Assembly: GCF_009914755.1 (NCBI RefSeq)
Contig: NC_060936.1
Direction: 5' to 3' (one strand)
DNA: 64,000 bases
Origin: the human T2T-CHM13v2.0 reference genome, Homo sapiens
A model generated the notes under the pieces. That model worked only from the letters and a program-made list of their open reading frames with translations, searched no databases and was not told the origin of the DNA. A program made the translations under genes and the position numbers. Below are positions 40,926 to 56,110 of this stretch, piece after piece (position 1 is the stretch's first letter; the number at the start of each line of letters is the position of its first letter).

Positions 40926-42063
40926 TACCTTGACTTTTTATTTGCCTATTTGTTGGTTAACTTACGGGCCTTTTGGCCTAAACTGATGTAGATTTTAAAC
41001 TCACACTACGCCCTATTCCTTTGACAGCCACCCTCTGACCCATGTCTGTTGATGATGAGGAGGGTAAATGTTAGCCAAGGTGAATGTCCCCATGCACCAT
41101 ATCCCTATGATTTTATAAAACCTTCATCTCCCCAGGCTGATTAATCCTAATCTTTGCAAGTTTGTTTTCATAAAGCAGCTCCTCTTTTCCATAAATCATT
41201 TCAGTTGACATCCTCAGGACTTTCTCCTACCCTATTATAGCTGCTTAAGGTTTGCTGAAAAAATGGCTCACAATATTCCAGGTGTAAGTGAACCATGGCT
41301 TTACATTTATGCAGGATACTGTTTTCTGCTTTTAATACCCGTTTAAAATGTCCTTCCTAAGCACACGTGATTTCTAGCTAGCCTTTTAGCTGCAGTAGGA
41401 ATAACCAGGGACAAAAGTATACACTGACTATAAAATCCCTTAATTTTGTTATAGCTAATAGTTCAAAGCCCTTTAATCTAGGAGGGATGATTTGAGTTAT
41501 TTTTCCCTAAATTCCTTATCTTACAGTTGTCCAGGCAGAAGCCCATCTGCCATCCTTCTGCCCACTCACACAGCCCTATGTTAGCTTTTTGCATTTATAT
41601 TAACCAGTTTGGCATTTCACTACCTGGAAGAGCTTAGTGATTTTTGCATATCTGGAAATTTCACTATGTATTCCTTTCAGATGATTTATAAATATGCTAA
41701 CTAAGTGTGGCCCTACTGCTGATTACTTGCAGGCAGCATTGTTTATACGATCCATAGAAATGCCCTTATATTCTTGTATTGTTTCTGTTTTTAAGCATCA
41801 AGACCAAATAATTCCTCCATCTCAGAAAAAATATGATAACCTTTTCAAAGGTATTTTGCAAGTCTAAATACAGCATATTTTCTAATTCTCTTTTATTCTC
41901 ATCCTCAATTCCTTTGCCAAAGGCTTCTATTGGATATAAATTCCTCCCATAAAATCTTCACCGCCTTTCTCCCAGCAGGTAGCTGGACCTCATGCTGATG
42001 GTACTACCTTGCCCCCTCCCTGAGTCCTGCTAGAAATGTTTTTTATAATAAAGACATTTGCTT

Positions 42064-42064
42064 A

Positions 42065-42100
<36 letters not shown>
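42064..42100. repeat. (TTA)n microsatellite
   Basis: About 12 consecutive ATT units. Confidence 0.92.
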
Positions 42101-42849
42101 TACAAAACTGACACTAAATAACACATAACTGTGGTACAATTGAGCTGATGTAATCCCCACTATTGCTTTTGGTTTACTCTCCCACAACTCAATTTTGGGC
42201 AGGTTACCTGACTCCTCTGATCTCAGGTTTTCTCACATATAAAGTGAAGAAGTTAATGACAATTTCAAATGTGGTTGGGAAGATGAAGAGTAAGTTGTGA
42301 GAATAACCAGCATAGTGCCTGACACATAGAAGAAGCAACTTTCACAGTGTGCTTATTCCAGTGAATGGGTTCTGAGGGTGCACAGGAATCCTGGCCCAGA
42401 AGAACAAGGACTTGTTCATTGTCATAAAGTCAATCATGTTAAACAAATACACTGGAGCTTTGGATGAAGAGATGTGGCTAACCTTGGGAAAGCCCTCAAT
42501 GAAGTAACTTATCCTAGTAGGAACATGGCTGATTTCTAGCTATTAGTCTGAGGCCAGACCCAATTTAAAAGAATATGCTCTTCTGCCATCCACATCGCTT
42601 AATCTTCAATAGGAGGTAAGCTGAGGCACTCCTCTGCACTGAAGCTTCATTGCTGTCTCCTCCATAGAGCTACCCAGATGAGGGTGGACGGATGAATGAA
42701 TGGATTGATGGATAGATGATAGATGATAGACAGATAGACAGGAAACGAATTAACACAGGATGGTTAGTACTATCAAGATCACCTGGATAACTCTCCTTTT
42801 TATCAGAAATGAGCCCCCATCACTGAAGATACTGATGGTAACTTCCATT

Positions 42850-43080
42850 TACTGAACATTTTCTATACTCTAGTTCTATGTCCTAGTTGTGCTAGAAACT
42901 ACCAAGTGGTTATACACAAATATAAATATCTCCTGTAATCCTTACAATAGCATACAATAAAACCATTCTCATTTTAGAGATGCAAAATCTGAGATTATGA
43001 AATGCTAAGTAACTTGCCCAAGGTCACACTGCTAAGAGGTACATGGCTAGGATGTGCACCTGATTCTTAACCAGCCCTTC
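42850..43080 (-). mobile_element. MIR
   Basis: ctcattttagagatgcaaaatctgag...taagtaacttgcccaaggtcacac. Confidence 0.7.
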
Positions 43081-44022
43081 ACTACTCTCCTTGCTCTTCT
43101 TCTTGCTGTTAACCTCTATACCTTTTGACCTTTAGCTACACTATTGGTTATGTCATCATGAGGCTTCTTAAGATGTTGCTTCTTACTTTGAGTTATCATG
43201 TTTAAAGCATTTATATAGGGTTTTGAGCATCTGAAAACATTAAAATAATTCACTTTTTAGTAAGGCTTATAGCATTGTTAAAGCTACAGGCTACAAGGGC
43301 AGGTACCTCACAGTATTCCCTGTGAAATACACATATAGACCAAGGACAGGAAACCCTCATCACCCAAGATTCAATCCGAGCTGGCTCACTGTGGAGTGGT
43401 AGAGAGGGTGACAGTGGGCTTCAAAACGCCCAAGTTGACAGTAAGAAATCCAATTGGCAAAACAATAACAGAGAGAATATTCCAAAGAAAGATGGTCATT
43501 ATGGAAAAGTCAAGTCTGAAGGTGGCTGGGTTTGCCTTGAGTGAGAAAGGCTTTATAGCAGACTGTCTTTGCAAGCAGATGGGGTTCCTGAGTAGTGGAA
43601 TCCTACAACCCCAGGCATCATGGGTGATAACCAGTGTGAAAACTTTAGTTTTCAAGAACACCAAAGCAATGGTTACTGCAGTAGAGAAGAATTCTGTGTT
43701 TTCATTACTGTTTGGGTTAAAGTTAACTGTTCAGACAAGAACATAATGGGAGTAAAAGACAAAATAATGGTAATATATTGGAGATTCAGTTATTCTAAGA
43801 TGTTGAAGCAATTCAGTTCGGCTCAAAAAACAATACTGAATTTCTGCTACCAATTATTTGGAGGATTCAAAGGGGAACGTCTATGAACAGAGCTTACAAT
43901 ATTGGAGAGATCAGGCACAAATAACTACATTATCACACCATTAACTAAGAAAAATTATTATACACATAAGCATAAGAATGTGGCTCCAACTGCTGAGTTC
44001 CAATAGATAAGAAATAAAAGTT

Positions 44023-44348
<326 letters not shown>

Positions 44349-44733
44349 TTATGGCATGTGTTCTTAATGGTTTTTATTACAACTATTGTAAGAGGAATGT
44401 GGGTCAAAGGCAAGGAGTATTGTTGAAACCACAGGAGTCAGCCACAGGTGGGTATCCATTCATCACAGCAGTAGCCGCCTCCAGGAATTTTCTCCAGTAT
44501 CACTTAAACAGGATAATTCCGGAAACCCCACTGTGAATCTCAGCAACAGGAGAATAATCATGCTGGATGACAATCCTATAATATCACGTCACTGCTGTTT
44601 ATGTTTCTGGGTTTGGCTGTGGGAATTCTGCCAGACAGTATCATGATATACCCTTACATGGAATAGCTTACTTCAGAATATATGTCATAGCAAAGCTGAA
44701 AGTCAATGTACTTAAACTTCCTTTTTTCTTTTA

Positions 44734-44808
44734 AAATTTAATGTGATATAAAATTAAACATGTTTAAATTTATATCACATTAAATTTAACATGTTTAATT
44801 TAAACATG
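44734..44808. repeat. AT-rich near-perfect palindrome (27-bp arms, 1 mismatch) followed by a 19-bp palindrome
   Basis: AAATTTAATGTGATATAAAATTAAACA|TGTTTAAATTTATATCACATTAAATTT, then CATGTTTAA-T-TTAAACATG. Confidence 0.9.
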
Positions 44809-46314
44809 ATGTAAATGAAGCATTTTTATCTGCTTTTAAAAAAGTAAATAACATTTTGATTATAATAGCTATACTGCTTTCCCATTTTAGACACTTTATA
44901 AAATACAGAAAAACAAGTAAGAGAACCAGTAATCCACAAACTATATCTAAATAGATATATTTCATTTCTCCCCCATGATTATGTTTTGTGGTGGTCATAT
45001 CACGAGTACCATTTTCGCCTTTTCTTCAGTTCTTTAAAGCTAAAGAACTTTTCTACATATACAACTCTCAGTAGACATTTTAACTAACTCCATATTATCA
45101 CATTATTGTTTCAGAGAAGTATGTCATAATTCACTAAACATTTCCCCTATCATTGAAAATTTTGGTTTGTGCTCCTTTCTGGATAGCAAACATTCCACAT
45201 GCTTAAATAATTCTATCATCCTACAATTTCCGTTCTCAATGCCATGTTTACATAGACACAGCATAGAAAACACCAAAGAAGACTGCAAGAATCACACAAG
45301 TCACGCAGAAAAGTCATGTAGCAACAGTCTGTCTCTATGTTCTGCATGAAATCTCAATCCGTTTATTGCCGGCTGGACCAACTCCTAGGAAAATCACAAA
45401 CCCACATAATGTTCCTCAGTGCCATATTTTGCATTTTGTTATGTTTTTGGAGTTCAGATTTAGCTGACAGATGTGAAACAGCACATGTAGCTGGAATTCT
45501 TCAGAGAGTACACATGCAGCGATGCTGGGCACACAAGCGATTCTAGTTCTCACCACCAGGCGACTGCATCCTTTTTATTTCTAGATTGTTATTGAGGGAG
45601 GGAGTTCATCCTGCATTTGGAACTCCCTTCCATTTTAGGGGGTAGATTATTTCCCCTTTCCTTTCTAGATACTTGGCCAACTAAAGAGAACAGCTCCTAT
45701 GCAAGTCTGTAGAGCTCACCTGGCTTCAGAGTAGCCTCTTCTAATAAAACTGCAAGTGTTCTGAGCAGTTCTGGTGTTCCTAAATGCCAAGAATGGAAGT
45801 TGCGGTGGAAACTGATCTGCTTTGTTCTCATCTGCAGAACTAAAATTGCAAATAATTGTCAAAGTTTTCCCCCCTGCCTGATAACAATTTCTAAACACTT
45901 TCCACCTGAAAGCATCAAGGCAAAAGTGCCTGTGTAAAATTCCATTTCGAATTCCTGCAATCTTAGAAATCCTCACTTGAACTTGCATACAGTTTTGACC
46001 ATGACATTTTTCTCTCTTATTTCTTGAACTGCAATAATCCATGTCCAGCATGGGATGGTGAACAGAAAGACCTCAGGAGCAGAAAGTCATGACATTTGGT
46101 TCTTCTCTTACTCTTCTTCTAGCTAAGTAATCTTTAATGTCTTTGAGTTGTAATATAAAGGGGACAATAACAGTCTTATTCAACAAATATTTCTTGGATG
46201 CCTTTCACATATAACCACCATGTTATGCAATTTGTGAGCCACAAAGAAGAAAAAATATCGAGTCCTCCAGGGCTCTCAATCCAGGCAGTAAAAAAATATT
46301 AAAACCATGTGAAC

Positions 46315-46410
46315 GTATGTGTGTGTATATTTGTGTGTATGTATGTAGGCATCTATGTATGTATGTATGTATCTATCTATCTTTCTATCATCCATCCATC
46401 CATCTAAATA
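46315..46410. repeat. Compound (TG/TATG/TATC/CATC)n simple repeat
   Basis: Directly visible tetranucleotide runs. Confidence 0.8.
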
Positions 46411-48864
46411 TATACGTCTACACAGCCTTCCCAGCCTAAAAGGGGTTTCTGTGGAATGAATGAGAATGACTAGGAAGCTTACCTGGAAATTATAAAGCAC
46501 AGAACTAAGGTACTAACTAAGGTATTATTTCTCTTTTAAGTATAACAGAAACTTAAAACTTTCTTACCCTATCAACAATATTTAGATATTACCTTTGATA
46601 TTTAAATGTGCCATTATGGATATCTCTGGGTAGATTTTAGATCCAGAATCATGCCTTCCACTTCTCCAATCTTCTCTCCTGTTATTTCTTTGCTCCATGT
46701 ATACACACTTGTGCATATTCCAGAGTGTCTCTGCCTGGATTTTCATTAGAATCTCACAAGGATGAAATCGAGATCCACCTAAAGCCTTGCTTGCTCACCT
46801 TGGATTACATAGACCTTTCTCTCTTTGAATTTCTTTAGTATCTGTGGTCTACCCTGTGCTGTTGACACATGATACATCCTGGTGGGTATAGCTAACTCTC
46901 TTTTTTTTGCGTATGTGTCTTACCTGATCAACTAGACTCTAGGCGCTGAAAAGTCAGATATAGTGTCACTGCATCTCAGGGTCCCTGAATGCATCTAGCT
47001 CACGAATACAACTCAAAGGTGATCTCTAAGATCTCAACTCAAACCCCTGTCAAGGTGGACAACAAATGAAGCAGGGGAGATGTCTCTAAAAGAAAAAGAG
47101 GGAAGGAAAATAACACCTATGTCTTATTTCATTCCGTTTCTACTCTCAAGAGTCTTCTATTCTTTCTGAGCTTTGGCACCTTAATTCCTACACACAGTCT
47201 TGCCACGGGTGATGCAAAACTTCCTTACATCCCACCATCTGTAACTCTTTCCCTTTACCTCTGCCACTTCATCTAAAAAAAATCCCTCTGACTACAGTTT
47301 CCAAATTCCCTTTTCCTTCTGCTATTACTTTCCAAACCAACTGCTACTAAATAATCAGCAAATAACTGTTTGACAGATGCCACCGAAATACAACTGTACT
47401 AACCTATGGAAAGGAAAAGAGGTTCCAAGTTATACAGCTCCAGAGAGAGCAAAGGATAGTGAGAAAGAGCGAGGGAGGAGGAATGCGTGTTTTCTGAATA
47501 TAGTCTGTCTCATTAAATAGGAAATACTAATTATGAGGAAATGAGATCATCTTTGCATGGAAAGAGAGACCTTAATGGTATAATTGCCTCTGAACATTTA
47601 AGGGCTCTGGAGGTACAAAGCCTTCTTTTGTAATCAATGAGAATCTTAGGTTTATTTGTAAAGCTCTCTGAATTACCTCTTGATGAAGGTACTAATTTTC
47701 TGATTTTCATGTAAACATTGCTTCAGAAGATTAAAAACACACACAAAACAAAACAATAAATCAGTTCCCAACTAATTTCCCTGAAAGTTACTTTTAAGTA
47801 AAGCTTGCTGCCAGTTAAGTTTTTATAGGAGAAATTTGGTTTACATTGCTCAATAACCCAATCATTGGGGTTATTGAAGGAAAAATTTGTTACAAAAGAA
47901 AATGGGAAGTATGTGCAACATCCCAGATCTGAAGTTATTCTTGGAGATGTGAAGATGTGCTAATAGCATCTGAAAAGTGCAAATCTCCCTGCAGTACTAT
48001 GAATACATAAAAATGCTCTGCATCTTAAGAAGTAGAGAGACTGCTGTTTTGCTATATTTTGCTAACCATGCAGGATATTTACTGCTAAGGAGGGTATTTT
48101 CTAACTTTGTTTCCTTTCAATTTTTGAGATCATAAAATTTATGATCAATTATATTGTGTGACTGATGCTCTCAGTATTGTAAAGGAAATTATGGTTACCG
48201 AAATTCATTAACATATATCCATATAAAATAAACAGAAACACGCAACATACATGAACACACCCATATTTGTAAAAGAAGCTCTAAGACAAATTGAGTCTCA
48301 AGAGACAATCCTAGGTAAGTGAGGGCCTGGTTACTCCGTTTTTGGATTATAAGTGGTCTTTTCTGCTCTGTTGCTGCTCTGCCCCTCTTCTTGAGGTTTA
48401 GCTACTTTAATGGCATATAACACCCTCCATCAGCAGACAGAATAGTGAAAGAGGCAGTGAATTCAATCCAGCCAATTCTGTTTCTGTCAGCAGCTCTGAT
48501 AAAAGGGTTTTATGTGGGAGGAGGTAAAAAATCTACCTAAAACTAGCTAAACTGAAGTTTTAAAAATGCATCCACAGATTTTACTTAGCCTAGCCAGCTA
48601 CTACTGCACTTTAGAATTGGACATTTACCATATTTCAGCTACGTATGGAGGCAAAAAGGATGTTAAGGTTAAAAGAAAGTATTATAAGGAAAGTAGAGGT
48701 TGAGTCCCAAGGATGAGTTCAAAAAGAGGAAAAAAAAAGGGGTAACAACAGTGAGAGAGATTTCTTATCGTCCCTTTTCTCCCTTTGTCCCCACCCCCAC
48801 CACTATCCCCTTCCTTATCTTCTGGAGAGTCACATCACGGAGTAGAGCTAGGAATCACCCTAAA

Positions 48865-49590
48865 CCCATAAGAATGGCTAATGTTAGAAAAGAATGACCC
48901 TACCTCGGATGATAAGGATGTGGAGGAACTGGAACTCTCATCTTGCTGGTAGGATTGTAAATGGCACAGTCACTTTTGAGGAAACTGCCAGTTTCTCAAA
49001 TTTTGACCCAGTTTTCTAACATATAACCCAGCAAGTTGACTCTAGCTAGCAACTCCTAGCTAAAAATGAATACATATGCCCACATAAAGATGTGTACATG
49101 AATGTTTAAGCAACATTATTCATAATAGCTAAAAATTAGCAATAATCCAAATGTCCAATCAACTGGTGAATGGATAAGTAAAATACAGTATATTCATGCA
49201 ACAAAATACTGCCTAATGATACAAAGGAATGGGCTACATGATACAGGCTATAGCATCAACAGACCTCAAAAACATTATGCTAAGTGAAAGAAGCTGCACA
49301 CACAAGATGATAGAATATTGTAGGATTCCATTTACATGAGTTTCTAGACAGCATAAAACTATATGTACAGAAAACATATCAGTGGTTATCTGGAGTAGGA
49401 ATAGGAGCAGGGATTGACTGCAATGAGCATAAAGGAACTTTTTAGGGTTATGGAAATGTTCTAAAATGGGATTGTGTTGATGGTTGGATAGCTGTATAGG
49501 TTTACTGAAATTTACCCAACTGTATACATAAAATGGGCGATTTTCATGATGTGTAATTAAATTGCAATGAAGTTGTTTTTGAAAAAAGAA
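48865..49590 (+). mobile_element. Old mammalian L1 (L1MD/ME-type) 3' end
   Basis: aggatgtggaggaactggaactctc, caaatgtccaatcaactggtgaatggata, ctcaaaaacattatgctaagtgaaagaagc, ggaaatgttctaaaatgggattgtg. Confidence 0.82.
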
Positions 49591-50102
49591 TAATGCTGGG
49601 AGAATGCATTCAGTATGCAGTATCGTATAAATAAGGCCATTCCTGAAGGCTGTAATCCAGGCTGCTCGAGAAGACCTCTGTTGTCTTGGAATATACCACT
49701 TATCAGCTGGATGGAAGGGTGAGCAACATATACACTGCAGGATGTCTTAAGGAAAATGTGACCTGCAGGGTAGCTTTGTTCTAGGAGCCTAGTACTATTT
49801 AACTATAGGCTAATAGATCAGTAGCATATTCTTTATTATAAGTGCACAATACAGTAAATTAGTACGACTTTCCTATGTATGTATATTTTTGAGGGTCTTA
49901 ATCCTCCAAGTCATAACACTTCAGTAAAAATGTTTATGCTTTCTAAGTACTTACAACAAATGGCTTATGGATGTTTGCGGAGTGATCACTAGGAGCCAAC
50001 ATGGGTTCTCTCTGGATGGGTAACAGGTGGTGATCATGAGATGACACTCAAGAACCAGAGAATAAGGTTGCATTCTAAGCACCAAATTAATCACATCAAC
50101 AG

Positions 50103-50558
50103 TGCTATGATTTGAGTTTTCTCTGACAAAAACTCAGCTTTAAATTGGATCTCCAATGTGGCAGTGTTGGCAGATGGGGCCTAATGGGAGATATCTGGGT
50201 CATGAGGTGGCGAATCCTCCTTGAAATAACTTATGCCATTCTCTCAGGAGTGAGTGAGTTCTTGCCCTGGCAAGACTGGATTAGTTGTCACAGGGATGAA
50301 TTAGTTCCTGCAAGAGTGGGTTGTTAAGAAGCCAGGACATCCTGTGGGTTTTGCCTCTTCACACGTCAGCTTCCCCTTTAACCTTTCACCATGTTGTGAT
50401 ACAACACCAGAAATTCTCACCAGAAGCTGAGCAGGTGCTGGCACCATGCTTCTTGAACTTCCTAGCCTGCAGAACCATGAACTAAATAAACCTTTTCTTC
50501 TTTATAAATCACCCAGTCTCAGATGTTCTGTTATAGCAACACAAAACAGACTAGGACA
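50103..50558 (+). mobile_element. Solo MaLR LTR (MST-type)
   Basis: Starts TGCTATG.TTTGA, has AATAAA at about 50485, ends gttatagcaacacaaaacagactaggaCA, with a near-TSD AACAG/AACAA. Confidence 0.88.
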
Positions 50559-51069
50559 AACAAAGCGACTGGAGTCAGAATGACTTTCTAGCCCATGAAG
50601 AGTCAATGAAATAGACTGGCAGTGTGACTACAGTTTAATCGGTGATACTGAAACCCAGCTAAATAAAGAAGGTGTGCCAGGGTGGGGTGGAGAAGCAAGG
50701 GTAGAGGGCATATTGAAGCAGTGAAACTATCTAGCTTTGGCAGCAGCATGGGGAGACACTGAATCTTAACATAAGTAAGCTCCCTGATTACTCAAGGGGT
50801 TATTTTATCAGGTTTTGTACTGATCTAAATGAAACATCCCTCAAAATTCCCTTTCCTTCAATACCACATGTACCAGGAAGCAGTAATTGCTGAATCAGTT
50901 TTCTGAGTGCCCAGATATGAGAAGAGGAAATGTTGAAGACGGGGGATCAGGGAGGGGAGCATTTGGTCAGAGAATCCTTCCCATCATGTATTAACAGAAT
51001 GGACATCTTGATACATTGATCTCTCCTTAATTAAATTAAATCCACACCACCGAGGCACAGAACCTGCTC

Positions 51070-51310
51070 AGGAGGGCATAGTGATTAAGAGCAGGGCTTG
51101 GTGTCAGGATGACCTGAGTGTGAGTGTTGGTACTGGCATTTACTCTATATGCCTTTTGGTCAATTACTTAACGTCTCTCAGTATCACCTAACTTGTGTAA
51201 AATGATGGAGCTAAGAAACAGTATTCGCCTCTTAGTGTAATTGTTAGGATTAAATGAGACATATGCAATGCATTTAGCACAGTGCCTGGTATAAAATGAG
51301 CTTCATAAAA
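51070..51310 (+). mobile_element. MIR
   Basis: gcatagtgattaagagcaggg...ggattaaatgagacatatgcaatgcatttagcacagtgcctgg. Confidence 0.72.
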
Positions 51311-51479
51311 TTCTAACTTCATTCAGTGTTTTGATTAAGCCCAGTTTCTGAAATGGAAGGGCTGAGCCCTCCCCTGGAACCCCACCAGAAGGAGCTCAGC
51401 AGCCAGCCATGCACCTTTTCCCTGGCAACAATCCCTGCATCATCAGCCACTCTTCAAACTTTGGTGGCCTCATTGAAAA

Positions 51480-52050
51480 TCAGTTTTTGCCAAACTTTAT
51501 TAACTTTCTTTTTTTGACAGGTATTAGTATGAGGTTGACAGACCAGGAGAATGTCATAGATATAGTGTCTTTGATTCCAATAAAGCACTTGATGAAGTCT
51601 TTCATTATCTGCAAGATGGTGGGCTCTATGAGGGAAAAATTAAGTGGATTCACAGCTGGTTGTACATCTATAGCCAAGAGGCTTGATGAATGGCTCTGTC
51701 ATAACCTGTTGGGGGACCACTGATTGAATGCCACAGGCTCTGCCCCTGGATTCTGCTCTATTCAATATTTTTATTAATGGCATCAAAATAGACATAAGAA
51801 GAATACTTATCAGATTTTTCAATGACATAAAACTGTGAAAAATATTTAATATAATAATAGGCTAATGTAAAATTCAACATTCTCTCAACGGGCTGAAAAG
51901 GCCAAGCTGACACCAAAAAGATGCAATTTAACAGGGATAAATATAATGTCTTACATTAAGGATCCAAAAGAAATCAATTGTTCAAGTTCAAGATGGGAAA
52001 GATATGGCTGTGCCACAGTTCAAAGAAATAGCTGAATTTTTAGTTAAACG
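51480..52050 (+). mobile_element. Ancient CR1/L3 LINE fragment (reverse transcriptase region)
   Basis: Decayed RT motifs: gatatagtgtctttgatt..aaagcacttgat (D.vylDf.KAFD), cacaggctctgccc...ctattcaatatttttattaatg (PQGS...LFNIFIND), ttttcaatgacataaaactg (FADDTKL), tgcaatttaacagggataaat. Confidence 0.72.
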
Positions 52051-52943
52051 TAGGAAGGGGTTTAGCAGAAAGAATGCAAAAGTATGGGTCTAATGGGGAG
52101 GGAATGAACCCATTTAGAATAATTTTACCAAATAAATAATCTCATTTACCTTGCTATTACAACCTAACAAGGCTGGTAATTACCTTAACTTTAGAAATGA
52201 ATTAACTGAGGTTCAGGAATTTAAGGAACTTGTCAAAGTGATGACAAAATCAGGATTTGAATCCAGTTCCGACTTCCAAAATTTGTGCACTTTGGATTCA
52301 TTCTATCTTGCTGCCACTTCTCTCCCAGAGTTGCTGTGTGGCTCAAGTGAGACAATTTTAATGGACGTACCTAGCACAGTGCCTGGCTCCTACCTTCTGC
52401 TCAAAAGTGGCTGATTATTTTTCTCCCAGAGACTCATTAAATGTAAGGCTGGGTGCTTATATGAACAACCAGTACTTTATTATTATAATATGAACTCTGC
52501 AGTCTATTCTAAGTCTTTTCAAGTTTATCCATTAATATACCTAGTGCAGAAATGATTCTGTTGATTTTTATTCTCTCATTCACCATTATTTCCAAATCCT
52601 TAATGCCAGAAGAGGAAGTCCAGCCTGGAAAAGGCACTGGAAAATTTGAGGGCAATCTAAAAATCTCTGTCAGTCAGTAATGATTCCCAGATAATTAAAA
52701 CTTTTTTTTTTTTTTAATTAAGGTAACTTTCAAGGGCTGCATTAGTGGTTCAATGCTGCGTATTAACATGACAAAAACCTCTATTACCTTTAGATAATGA
52801 GGTGGTGTGTTAAGTAACCTTAGTACAATGATATGCATACAGAATGTACAAAATTTTCAATTAATTCAATTATTTAATTAGTTTAGCTTATGGTTAAAAA
52901 GATACTTTTTTTTCTGTTGTTGGAGGTCTTATTAGAATTCTTC

Positions 52944-52980
<37 letters not shown>

Positions 52981-53022
52981 TATATATGTACACATACACA
53001 CATATATATATATATATATGTA
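52944..53022. repeat. Compound (TA)n(CA)n microsatellite
   Basis: Directly visible dinucleotide runs. Confidence 0.9.
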
Positions 53023-53899
53023 TATTTTGTTCTTTCCTGCCTAAGGGTGGTTTATTGACAGTCTTTAATTCTTCCCTAGATATCTGGAATACTGCATTGC
53101 ATCTGAGTCATGCTCTGTGTAGACTATTTGTCACTGGGCCACAGTGCTGCTGCAAAAGGTGGCTGAGGAATGCACACTGGCTCCAGCAGTATCCTGTAAG
53201 ATTTAGCTCTTTTAAATAAAGGAATTCTTAGGAGCAGTTAGTTTTCATTGCCTCTTGCACTAAAAGCAAGGCCTGACAACATTAGCTATCCAAAAGTTCC
53301 AGTTAATGAAGGTTTCATTGTAAAAAAGAATCCATTTGGGGGAAGGTGCAAACTCTTTGTAATTTTCTCTCCCTCTTTCTCTTGGCCTAGGCCAGCCATG
53401 GTTCACAAAGCTGGAGAATGGAGAATCATTAGCTGCTGATGGTGCTGGTCATCCCACCCTGGCAAGGAAAGGAACAGGTATGTTGAGTGACCAGGTTGAC
53501 CTGTGCAGTGGATGAGCCGAAAACCTCTTTTGTAAGCTGTTTTGTAAAGATATGGAGACAACTGATGATTCTGGAGGTGGAGGATGCTTTGAGGGCCAGA
53601 ACACACACTCTGCAATAAAGCAGGTCACTTCCTTCAGGTTTTAAGCTAAAATGTGAACACATCAGTGGACTTTCACGTAAGCTGTGCTTTCTTTCTGGAA
53701 TGTCTCCTTTTCCTCTTCTCCATCTAGTGAACCTCTACTCATCTTCTACTCTTTCGAGTTAAATACTACTTTTGAACAAATAATAGCAAAAGAACAATTA
53801 ACGGCAACAGAACTTTGGAATGACAGTTATCAAACTAGTCCTGATCCATAAACAAAAGTCTACTTAGCACATTGTGTGAAAAAATGAAGTCTCTTTGTT

Positions 53900-54960
<1,061 letters not shown>

Positions 54961-55535
54961 TTTATTTTGTATCAGGTTGCAAATTTGTTGATCAAAATTA
55001 TGAGTTCAAGATGAAAAAGTGAAAAGTAGAGCAATGCTTTCTAAGAAATAGATACTGAATTATCAAATGGAAAAGTAATATCCCCACTTGCTAATTTAAT
55101 TCATCATAATTTACAAGTCTCTAATGAAAACCAAGCAACAAACAATGACTTAGTATTTGTTAGAAAACAGTTTAATCTCCAGTTGTCACTGAACTCATTA
55201 GCAACATATGTCATTCACACACAGTGAGGAATTATTAATTTTTCATTTCAAGAAAATTGTCAAATTAAGCTGGATAGAATAACAACATACAATAAAAAAA
55301 TTGGTAATTTATTCTTATATTGCCCTAGAATGATGATAGTGTGTGGCATGTCATTAATTAATAAACATAATATTATTCACATAGTGGGCCCTTGATATCC
55401 ATGAAATGTGTAATTAATGATGAAAATGCTATAGTGTTACTATCACACTTACTGATCACATCGAAGTTTTTTCCACCCACACTTAAATTAAATCTCCCTG
55501 AAATCCCTGGTTCAAATTTCATGAGATTCAAGTAA

Positions 55536-56110
<575 letters not shown>

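Noticed and set aside
43386-43886. Overlapping 88-116 aa ORFs on both strands in apparently unique sequence
   Set aside because: No recognisable motif, a non-ATG start for the longest, and no convincing splice sites linking them to ANKS1B. It cannot be supported without a homology search.
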